Of a stretch of 64,000 bases of DNA, positions 5,583-12,974 are shown one piece after another. The stretch lies in the sequence record MW812343.1, one strand, 5' to 3'. Numbering within the stretch: the stretch's first letter is position 1; each line of letters opens with the position of its first letter. A program made the position numbers and the translations under genes. The notes beneath the pieces were generated by a model. The model ran no database searches, was not told where the DNA came from, and saw only the letters and a program-made list of their open reading frames with translations.

Positions 5583-5826
5583 GAACGCTGGCCTTCTGGC
5601 CGATACAGTGAAAGCTTACCCTTGCCGTTGATCACCTCTTCTGCTGCTGCTGCCAACACACTGTATCACCGGAATCAGTCCTGCCTTAAATGGCAAGCGT
5701 TCACCCATTCGGTTCCCCAAGGCGGCTTGGGACATTATCTCTCGGCTCTGTTGGGTAATGTCGTGGTTAACCTTTTCTCAGATAGATATTATCACCAAGA
5801 TAATACAACCTATTTGAGAGGTAGAC

Positions 5827-6345
5827 ATGAAAGATCTAATACTACCACCTGGTGATTGGGCACCGTGTCCGGATGCCCCTGACCTGTTTATGGTCTCCCG
5901 TAAAGGAGAACTGTTTTCACTTCGTTCGAAAAGAATAGTATCCCAAAGCCGGTCAGGAAACGGGTATGTATCTCACGTCACGAAGGTTGGTGGGCGTAAA
6001 GGGAAGAACTTGGTATTGAAACCGCATATCCAAGTCGCCAAGGCTTTTCATCCCAACCCTGAAAATAAACCAGAGGTTAACCACAAAAACGGAATCAAGA
6101 CTTGCAATGAGGATTGGAACGTTGAGTGGGCAACCAGACAGGAAAACGTAGACCATTCTATCGAGAACAATCTCAGAAAATCTAATGGTCTTAAATTATC
6201 AGGCCCTGAAATCCGGGAATTGTTAGAAAGTCCGATAGGTAATGTGAGAGAGTGTGCAGAAGCATTGAACGTACATCACACTACAGTAGTGAAGATTAGA
6301 AATAATCCAGCGCATTACTTATTGATGACCATGACTAAAAAGTAA
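5827..6345 (+). CDS. HNH homing endonuclease (NUMOD4/HNH_3-like)
   Basis: HIQVAKAFHPNPENKPEVNHKNGIKTCNEDWNVEWATRQEN motif; inserted in the tRNA cluster. Confidence 0.9.
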   Translation: MKDLILPPGDWAPCPDAPDLFMVSRKGELFSLRSKRIVSQSRSGNGYVSHVTKVGGRKGKNLVLKPHIQVAKAFHPNPENKPEVNHKNGIKTCNEDWNVEWATRQENVDHSIENNLRKSNGLKLSGPEIRELLESPIGNVRECAEALNVHHTTVVKIRNNPAHYLLMTMTKK

Positions 6346-6350
6346 ACAAT

Positions 6351-6442
6351 GGCTCCGTGGTGAAATCGGTAAACACAGGCTTTGAATAGCTGTCCAACGA
6401 TTGTATAATCGCGTGGTGTAGGTTCGAGTCCTACCGGAGCAA
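6351..6442 (+). pseudogene. degenerate type II tRNA (Leu/Ser-like body, distorted anticodon arm, no CCA)
   Basis: GCTCCG/CGGAGC acceptor, GTGGTGAAATCGGTAAACAC D arm, GGTTCGAGTCC T arm, irregular arm around TTTGAAT. Confidence 0.55.
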
Positions 6443-6443
6443 G

Positions 6444-6538
6444 AACGATGAAGTTAGAGGCATAAACACCCGACTCATAATCGGATAGTGGTTTACCCGG
6501 CGGGTACTCCTTCGCAGGTTCGAATCCTGTCATCGTTC
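6444..6538 (+). tRNA. atypical tRNA-Met/Ile2(CAT) with ~28-nt variable arm
   Basis: AACGATG/CATCGTT acceptor, loop CT-CAT-AA, GCAGG-TTCGAAT-CCTGT T arm, extra TACCC/GGGTA hairpin, no encoded CCA. Confidence 0.7.
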
Positions 6539-6549
6539 GCCCTTATTTA

Positions 6550-6625
6550 GACTCTGTAGCTCAGTTGGTAGAGCGGATGACTGTTAATCATCAGGTCACA
6601 GGTTCAAGCCCTGTCAGAGTCGCCA
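6550..6625 (+). tRNA. trnN: tRNA-Asn(GTT)
   Basis: GACTCTG/CAGAGTC, loop CT-GTT-AA, G discriminator, CCA. Confidence 0.95.
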
Positions 6626-6628
6626 CAT

Positions 6629-6698
6629 TTTGCATTACCCGAGTCCCGAATGACATTCCGGAAAAATATCATCCATGGTCAAGGGTAATGCAGAACCA
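6629..6698 (+). ncRNA. 12-bp-stem RNA with ACCA tail
   Basis: TTTGCATTACCC/GGGTAATGCAGA followed by ACCA. Confidence 0.5.
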
Positions 6699-6702
6699 AA
6701 TT

Positions 6703-6762
6703 CCCGGCCCTTGCAGATAAAGCTTACCTGCATTAGCTGTCCCCTGCGGGGGTCGGGTACCA
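6703..6762 (+). ncRNA. 8-bp-stem RNA with TACCA tail
   Basis: CCCGGCCC/GGGTCGGG then T-ACCA; internal TGCAG/CTGCA hairpin. Confidence 0.45.
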
Positions 6763-6896
6763 CCTTTGTTCGTTTTGTTTTTTTCTTTCAATTGCCTGGC
6801 GGTATTGGTGGGAACAAAACGAATGAAGCCCTAGCGGGGGAAAAGCCGCTAACAACAACAGAAGCAGTAAAAACAGAAGTAAAAGCAGGAGTAGTT

Positions 6897-7709
6897 ATGT
6901 TTACTATCTTACGTAAAATCAATGGTAACCGCACACCAACCGAACACGAGTCCCCAACGCTGGGTGACACAAAGTCTCAAGTGTTCAAAGATGCGATGTC
7001 GCTACTGACCGAATCCAACAACGTGCATAACTGCATGGATTCTGGGATGGATGCGAAGCCGTGGATTGACGGCAAACCCAAACCGATTGAGGAATGGGTA
7101 GAGCGCTTTAATGCAGCGTTCGGCGCAACTGACAGAGATAACCAAGAACTGGTTGATTTGATCAGTGAGTTGGCACCGGGCATGTTCGACAAAACCAACG
7201 CGCGTTTTGCATCAGACTTCGGTCAACTGGAAGAAGCCTTCCTGAAGAACACCGGACAGACTATCATCTGGAAATGCCCGAAAGGGTTGCCGATTGATAT
7301 TCAGTTCGAAAACATCCCACGCCAAAGTGTAGAAACCCTACACACTACTCTTGACTTCATCGAAGCCGATGAGTTGAAGTTTGCTGTGTTCAACAGCAAA
7401 GCGCTGTGGGATGGGTATAACTCTGCTGAACTGTTTGGCGGGGTAGCCACCGAAATTTCCTCGGTAGAACTCCAGCACGTTTATCACGACGATACGGCAA
7501 TGCCGCAAGAAGCGGTACTCAAAGCCAGTCGTCGTGGCGACCGTACGTTAGACCAGGTTATCGGGGTGCTCGCTTATGGCAGCTCTGAAGAACCTGACCC
7601 GACGTCGGGCAATGTGCCGGTCACAGTGATGACCTACGAGTTTATCTACCAAGGCGATGAAGTCTACATCACGAACCGTCACGGTAAGACTGTGGACTCC
7701 ATCCGTTAA
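6897..7709 (+). CDS. hypothetical protein (270 aa)
   Basis: ATG 6897 with GCAGGAG RBS; the track's upstream extension runs through structured RNA and is unlikely to be coding. Confidence 0.8.
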   Translation: MFTILRKINGNRTPTEHESPTLGDTKSQVFKDAMSLLTESNNVHNCMDSGMDAKPWIDGKPKPIEEWVERFNAAFGATDRDNQELVDLISELAPGMFDKTNARFASDFGQLEEAFLKNTGQTIIWKCPKGLPIDIQFENIPRQSVETLHTTLDFIEADELKFAVFNSKALWDGYNSAELFGGVATEISSVELQHVYHDDTAMPQEAVLKASRRGDRTLDQVIGVLAYGSSEEPDPTSGNVPVTVMTYEFIYQGDEVYITNRHGKTVDSIR

Positions 7710-7813
7710 CGAATTAGCATGCTCGCTAATACCCGCCCTGAGGATTGGCCTCCTCGCGCTTGAAGGGCGACTCTCCTGTAGTACGCTTTGTAAGTCGACG
7801 TAACTCCGGTACG

Positions 7814-7856
7814 CCCTCTCCCCGAAAAGGGAGAGGGTAGTATCGTATATTTTTTT
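7814..7856 (+). terminator. terminator
   Basis: CCCTCTCCC/GGGAGAGGG hairpin with downstream T-run. Confidence 0.6.
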
Positions 7857-7862
7857 GGATAT

Positions 7863-7877
7863 ATATTACCTAGGTGA
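7863..7877 (+). promoter_or_regulatory. putative early promoter ATATTAYC-N3-GTGA
   Basis: One of six plus-strand intergenic copies; resembles the phiKZ early TATTAC motif. Confidence 0.65.
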
Positions 7878-7926
7878 GATTAAACTATAATCTTTAACCT
7901 ATCATTAGACCTTCGAGGATAAACTT

Positions 7927-8910
7927 ATGCATTACGCTCCAATGTCAGCACATGAAACCTTCGCCGCTCGTGGTTACAGCCCAGAAGAAGGCAAACGTAT
8001 TCGTGGCTATCTTCCGCGTCGCTTTGGCGACATCAGTAACGCCCTCCCTTTAACGAACGCAGAGTTCTGGCTGGCGTACGAGTGCATGAAGCACTACAAC
8101 GATAACAGTCGTGAGCGTGGTCGCTTCTACGCAGTGGGTCCATTCAATTTCCAATCCAATGGGAAAGTCAATTACCGCTCTGAAAAACTCAACGAAGATT
8201 TCTCCATGGTGGAATTCATTCGCCACTTCGGTGATACGGTGTTCACCGACTTCGACGCTGAGTTGGGTATGAAAGTTCCACGTACCAATGCAGACGGTTC
8301 GTTGGTCATGAAGAATCGCATGGTGGCCACCCGCTTAGTTGAGATTGAGAAACAGGCACAACCGCAGTCGGAAGACTTCTCGAGCTGGCATACCGCGAGT
8401 TGGATGAACTTCCCAGTCGGTTCACTCTCTTTACCGCCGACAGGTATGATCACGCCTGAAACGGTTCTGATGGCGAGTCTGCACGGCATGATGGTGCAGG
8501 AGTATGTTAATACACAAGCCGGGCGTATGTTGCACCCGACTCTTGATTATAAGTGGGTTGCGACCTACGTGTATCTGAAGCGGTTATACCACGCGCGTGA
8601 CCGCCAGTTCGGTCAAGACTACCACAGTGTTCGTAGCACCATTGAGATGAACCTGCGGTTCCGCACAAGCACCGCGATGTACCCAAGTGATGTCATGACG
8701 CCCCCGCATTATTTCCACATTGATGCGGATCGTGTTATGTCCGCAAACGGTATTCTGAACCTGCCACGTCTGCACAATACGAAACCCATGGGCTTTTACG
8801 AGTCCCTGTATCGCTTCAACAACAATGGCCATGTTGCCGCCATCACAACCATTCCCACTGAACTTTTCAATGAGTACAGTGAAGAAGAATGGAAAGCAGT
8901 ATTAGCATAA
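7927..8910 (+). CDS. hypothetical protein (327 aa)
   Basis: Long ORF, GAGGA RBS, own promoter and terminator. Confidence 0.85.
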   Translation: MHYAPMSAHETFAARGYSPEEGKRIRGYLPRRFGDISNALPLTNAEFWLAYECMKHYNDNSRERGRFYAVGPFNFQSNGKVNYRSEKLNEDFSMVEFIRHFGDTVFTDFDAELGMKVPRTNADGSLVMKNRMVATRLVEIEKQAQPQSEDFSSWHTASWMNFPVGSLSLPPTGMITPETVLMASLHGMMVQEYVNTQAGRMLHPTLDYKWVATYVYLKRLYHARDRQFGQDYHSVRSTIEMNLRFRTSTAMYPSDVMTPPHYFHIDADRVMSANGILNLPRLHNTKPMGFYESLYRFNNNGHVAAITTIPTELFNEYSEEEWKAVLA

Positions 8911-8914
8911 CTCT

Positions 8915-8947
8915 AGAGCGGGGGGAAAACCCCGCTTTATTTTTTTT
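8915..8947 (+). terminator. terminator
   Basis: AGAGCGGGG/CCCCGCTTT hairpin plus T-run. Confidence 0.7.
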
Positions 8948-8982
8948 ACTTGAGTACCTGATTTATATAGGAGGGTAACATC

Positions 8983-9423
8983 ATGAAATCCAATTTGGCT
9001 TATAGCTTCAACGTCGTTCCGTTTTATCAACCCATTGAAATGATTCGTGCACTGACTGATGGCTACTTGCCAGAGACATTCATCCCAAAGGGTCGATATG
9101 ATGAAATGTTACTGGATACCGTATTCCCCATCATTCTTAACATGCCGATGTTCCGCGAGTTTGCGTCTAATCTGACTTACCAAGAAGGTACCGCCTTCCG
9201 TAAGGGCGATGATGTGCCAGTGATTACTACCACGTACAACATCTCACGCGACGAAGCAAATGCCATGATGCGCGACCCGGATGTGTTCTTCCGATTCCTG
9301 ACATCCATGGCTGAAGCGCTCGAAAAACGCGCCCTGCCGTTTGAGGAAATCTTTGCGGTGTTACTTGACGCCATTTCAGCCAGCGACTATGCCATGTTCC
9401 ACAACATGGGCAGTCTGCACTAA
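8983..9423 (+). CDS. hypothetical protein
   Basis: 146 aa, GGAGG RBS. Confidence 0.85.
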   Translation: MKSNLAYSFNVVPFYQPIEMIRALTDGYLPETFIPKGRYDEMLLDTVFPIILNMPMFREFASNLTYQEGTAFRKGDDVPVITTTYNISRDEANAMMRDPDVFFRFLTSMAEALEKRALPFEEIFAVLLDAISASDYAMFHNMGSLH

Positions 9424-9489
9424 AAATTACGCCAGAGTCCCTCCCTATAGGGAATCTGTGCCTGTATAGATTCCAATAGGAGATGAACC

Positions 9490-9876
9490 ATGAAGACGAC
9501 ACTGCGTCCGATGGACGTGATTCTCGCTCACCCCGACACGCTCAGCAAAATCGCACCCCAGTCAGAACTCGACCGTCGTTTATTAGAAAGTCTGGAATGG
9601 GGTTTTACCCTCCACCCCGATGAGGTTTCTAATACACGCGTACTTGATGTCTCCGACACAGTTGTGATTGACTGGACAGAGCGTGAAGGATGTGACGATG
9701 TGCGAGAGTACGTGGCGCAAGCAACGGTGCCGCCGCGTGTACCCATTGCTGGATTGGCAGAACACACCATTTCTCTGCGCCGTTTATGCAACGCTCAAGA
9801 TGAGATTGTTCGCAACGGTGAAGCGTGGAGTTATGGTACAGCCAGTCACCTGAAGAACGTGCTCCTTCAGGCGTAA
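9490..9876 (+). CDS. hypothetical protein
   Basis: 128 aa, AGGAG RBS. Confidence 0.8.
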   Translation: MKTTLRPMDVILAHPDTLSKIAPQSELDRRLLESLEWGFTLHPDEVSNTRVLDVSDTVVIDWTEREGCDDVREYVAQATVPPRVPIAGLAEHTISLRRLCNAQDEIVRNGEAWSYGTASHLKNVLLQA

Positions 9877-9931
9877 AAAAGAAAAAGAAGATAACCCCTG
9901 CCGAAGCAGGGGTTGGTCTTTCTTTTTTTTT
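9876..9931. terminator. bidirectional terminator
   Basis: AACCCCTGC-CGAA-GCAGGGGTT flanked by A- and T-tracts between convergent genes. Confidence 0.8.
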
Positions 9932-9933
9932 GT

Positions 9934-10746
9934 TTAGGATTTGAAACGACCACCGGACATGTAGTTGTAACGGTTGCCGATGTCATCGTTGTGGACGAGC
10001 GCACGTTTCATAGCAGGGAGAGTATCATCAAACATCTGACCCGCATCGGAATAACTCTCCACCACGTTACGGAAGGCACCGAACTCCATACCGTTCTCAA
10101 TCTTACCAGAGTCCATATCGAAGATGAGTTGGTTATAGATGTACTGTTTGGTAGCAAAGACCGCCAAATCAGCCACACGCGGATAGAAGGGGGTTTTGAT
10201 TTCGTTCAGTTCTTCACTGAGCTTATACATCACCGCAATCTTGGTTGCGTAAACAAACATGCCGGGGTCTTTGATCTTGATACAGTTCGGTCCCATCACG
10301 CGGACTTCTGGTGAACTGATACGCGGTAAAGCGGAGTTGGAGTCGACCACTAACTGCGTCGCAGCGAGCGCACCGGTGGTGGCCCCATCCAGATACGAGC
10401 CCGCAGGCGGGAGTGTATACGCCTGACCGGCCACCGGCGTGACAGCGATATGCGCCTCGAGGATTTCCCTGCCCCCCGTTTTAAATTCATCGATGTAGTA
10501 AATGCGCGAGTAGTAGTCTTCCGTATCGTTCTCATAGGGCAACCCCTGTAAGTCAAGTTCGGCATATTGCCCCATGCGGGACACTTCGGGAATCAGATAC
10601 TCACGAATCACCTTATCCATGATTTCGTTTTCAATGCTACTGGCCACGCCTAACATCCGGAGATTTTCTGGTGTAAAGGCAACTTTCAGTAGCGGTAGTG
10701 GGATGTCTCGCCGTATTTTGCGGAGACAATAATCAATCACGTTCAT
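9934..10746 (-). CDS. conserved phiKZ-like protein, probable virion structural protein
   Basis: 270 aa, GGAG RBS, upstream TATG late-type motif; reversed orientation like other late genes here. Confidence 0.7.
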   Translation of the reverse strand: MNVIDYCLRKIRRDIPLPLLKVAFTPENLRMLGVASSIENEIMDKVIREYLIPEVSRMGQYAELDLQGLPYENDTEDYYSRIYYIDEFKTGGREILEAHIAVTPVAGQAYTLPPAGSYLDGATTGALAATQLVVDSNSALPRISSPEVRVMGPNCIKIKDPGMFVYATKIAVMYKLSEELNEIKTPFYPRVADLAVFATKQYIYNQLIFDMDSGKIENGMEFGAFRNVVESYSDAGQMFDDTLPAMKRALVHNDDIGNRYNYMSGGRFKS

Positions 10747-10869
10747 TTTGGGCTCCAGAATGGCGTTAGGCAGCTTTCATAGCATGGGTAGTGGGGTAGG
10801 GTAGGTTACAGCAAAAAATACGTCATACGGCTATTATGTGCGTACCACAGTCTAATTAATTTGACATAG

Positions 10870-10884
10870 ATATTATCTTTGTGA
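10870..10884 (+). promoter_or_regulatory. putative early promoter ATATTATC-TTT-GTGA
   Basis: Motif copy 25 nt before ATG 10909. Confidence 0.65.
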
Positions 10885-10908
10885 TGAAAACATAAGGAGT
10901 ATCTACTC

Positions 10909-11181
10909 ATGACGCGGGTGTTCTTTGAACTGAACTTGAAAACCAAGCGCGGTTACATCGGTCCCCACTGGATAATCATCAACGCAATTCAAGAACTCAT
11001 CTATCCCGGTACCTTCAATCTCGATAAGCCTTTACTCGATAGGGCCGAAGAGTATTTCGGAACAGATGCATGGTTCATGATTGCGAGGTTGGGTCCGAAC
11101 CACCGTCATCCATTTATTTACCGTAACGGGGTTGTAGAAACATGGTCAAACTATACATCAAACCAGCTGATGTGCATGTGA
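10909..11181 (+). CDS. hypothetical protein
   Basis: 90 aa, TAAGGAG RBS; first gene of an overlapping operon. Confidence 0.8.
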   Translation: MTRVFFELNLKTKRGYIGPHWIIINAIQELIYPGTFNLDKPLLDRAEEYFGTDAWFMIARLGPNHRHPFIYRNGVVETWSNYTSNQLMCM

Positions 11182-11795
11182 GCTTTTGGGGTAAGGTCGA
11201 TAAAACACCTTATGCACAGGCGCTCAAGATGACGGAGATGCAACGGCAGGAAGTGACCGTTCAGCTACTCCATACTGCGCTGGAACACATCTTCCTCTCC
11301 ATTGAGGAAATGCCATTTGGTCAGCTACATGACCATTTAGAAAATTACGTTGACCAAGTCCGACTCCATCAATTGTTGCACCATGACAAGAGGATGGAAG
11401 AACCAGAAGTCGTACGAGGTAAGACTCGTATCGTAGCAGAAACCGTCTTCGGTAATGACATACTCGATACGCGGCTGGTTGACCGTATCGTCTATGCCAC
11501 CATCCGTGAACTGGTCGATGTCGCGTTCGGTGAAATCTTCAATAAGTTTGTTGATGGTATCGAGGCGATGATTGAAGAGTCATGCAAGGTACTCAAGCGT
11601 AAGTTCAATCGTTATTCGATAGTGACGATTACACCGCGTTTGGGTGTGCGTGCGAAGCTGGTTTGTTTGGAACTTGAACTGGGTGAAGATATCCGCCATG
11701 TCTACTTCAATCAATGTTTCCCAACCGGGCGGTATCGTTCAAGTAACGATGATAAAATTCGTGACCTGCAAAGCCTACTCCCGGATTTTAGTTGA
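11142..11795 (+). CDS. conserved hypothetical protein
   Basis: 217 aa in a translationally coupled operon. Confidence 0.85.
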   Translation: MVKLYIKPADVHVSFWGKVDKTPYAQALKMTEMQRQEVTVQLLHTALEHIFLSIEEMPFGQLHDHLENYVDQVRLHQLLHHDKRMEEPEVVRGKTRIVAETVFGNDILDTRLVDRIVYATIRELVDVAFGEIFNKFVDGIEAMIEESCKVLKRKFNRYSIVTITPRLGVRAKLVCLELELGEDIRHVYFNQCFPTGRYRSSNDDKIRDLQSLLPDFS

Positions 11796-12117
11796 GGAGG
11801 AAGGTCTCAGTAGTTACGATGTGCAGGTCTTGCTCAAGGATATCATCCTCGATCTGTTCAATTATCTGTTATCTGGCTTTAACCCCACGGGCTCATGGGA
11901 CGGCACTACGGTTGCGCTCATTGTGCGTGCTACACGCCCAAAGACAACAATCGCACAGGCCAATAACTGGGCACGTCACGTTCGTCGCGCTATCTGCGAA
12001 GAATTGAATGTCCCGGCAAAAGGGTATCGGTTATGGCTGAATGTAACCGATGAGTTTATCCGTTTTATCCCGTATAAGGATCAGGAGTATGAAAACGCTT
12101 TACTTCGAGTTTCCTGA
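11749..12117 (+). CDS. hypothetical protein
   Basis: ORF 11644-12117; ATG 11749 (MIKFVTC) gives a modest overlap; start uncertain. Confidence 0.7.
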   Translation: MIKFVTCKAYSRILVEEEGLSSYDVQVLLKDIILDLFNYLLSGFNPTGSWDGTTVALIVRATRPKTTIAQANNWARHVRRAICEELNVPAKGYRLWLNVTDEFIRFIPYKDQEYENALLRVS

Positions 12118-12478
12118 ATCTTATCGTGAGATTAATCGGGTGCTCGAAAAATTTACGAATAAAAACTATTTTGATGAACCGGATACCGTAGACAACTACA
12201 TCGAGATGCTTGTTCGCATGGAAACCCATCGGCGTTTATTTAACGCGGATATCGGTTCCCTGAAAAAGTGGATACGCAGTGAGCTTATACGGTGGCCTAT
12301 TTCAGACGACTACTTCTCCAATAACACGGTGCAGTTATACATTATCGAGTCTTCGGATCTTTGGGCTGCGATAGACAAAGAGATGACCATCACACCCAAC
12401 CCCGACTTCATCATGTGGCACGTTGAGCGTGGTGTGTGGAAAATGATCACTTCAGGAGTCAACCTTTATGTTAAGTAA
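12089..12478 (+). CDS. hypothetical protein
   Basis: AGGAG directly before ATG 12089. Confidence 0.8.
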   Translation: MKTLYFEFPESYREINRVLEKFTNKNYFDEPDTVDNYIEMLVRMETHRRLFNADIGSLKKWIRSELIRWPISDDYFSNNTVQLYIIESSDLWAAIDKEMTITPNPDFIMWHVERGVWKMITSGVNLYVK

Positions 12479-12974
12479 CACCTATTGCCTCATTCCCGAT
12501 TACCAAGAGGTGGCGGGTCCGCTAACCGAGTTTGACCCTGCGTCTGTTCTCCGCGAAGTCAACGAAGACATGAACTCCATCATCAATCGTGCTTTCACCT
12601 TTGTTGAGTCCGGCCAGCTGGATGGCGCGTTGGAGTTCAGCATGAAGAACACCTTCAACTATGTGGCAACCGAGCTGTCCACGCGGGGTGTGGTGTTGGA
12701 TAACGATTCGACGGTGGTCTATGCGAATGCGATTCAAAACGTCGGTAAAGCGTTCGTGTTGGCCGTCTCCTCCTCCCAGTTCTGGTTTACCCGTTACGGA
12801 AAGTGGGTAGGAGCGAGATACAGCCCGACATGTATTGGCGGTGTCGATGTGTACCTAGACCACAATCAACAAAAACTCCCGCAGTTTGAATCGGCTGAGC
12901 AGTATCAGGCCATCACCCCACGCTTGTTGACAGTGGTGGATATGTTGATTGGGAATCTGGGAGGTCGCCTATGA
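12468..12974 (+). CDS. hypothetical protein
   Basis: 168 aa, AGGAG RBS, overlapping. Confidence 0.85.
   Translation: MLSNTYCLIPDYQEVAGPLTEFDPASVLREVNEDMNSIINRAFTFVESGQLDGALEFSMKNTFNYVATELSTRGVVLDNDSTVVYANAIQNVGKAFVLAVSSSQFWFTRYGKWVGARYSPTCIGGVDVYLDHNQQKLPQFESAEQYQAITPRLLTVVDMLIGNLGGRL

Noticed and set aside
5489-5659. 56-aa minus-strand ORF (VLAAAAEEVING...) downstream of the antisense promoter-like motif
   Set aside because: No RBS and no supporting homology visible.
5334-5855. 173-aa ORF across the tRNA-like units
   Set aside because: TTG start without RBS, overlaps structured RNAs and the HNH start, and has atypical composition.
6850-6893. AACAGAAG(C/T)A short tandem repeats
   Set aside because: Only 2-3 degenerate copies in an A-rich leader, consistent with a translational enhancer.
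6675-6896. N-terminal extension of the 344-aa ORF
   Set aside because: Runs through CCA-tailed hairpins and a T-tract; a strong RBS sits at ATG 6897.
10787-10806. G-rich tract GGGTAGTGGGGTAGGGTAGG as G-quadruplex
   Set aside because: Only three full G3 runs; probably promoter-region composition.
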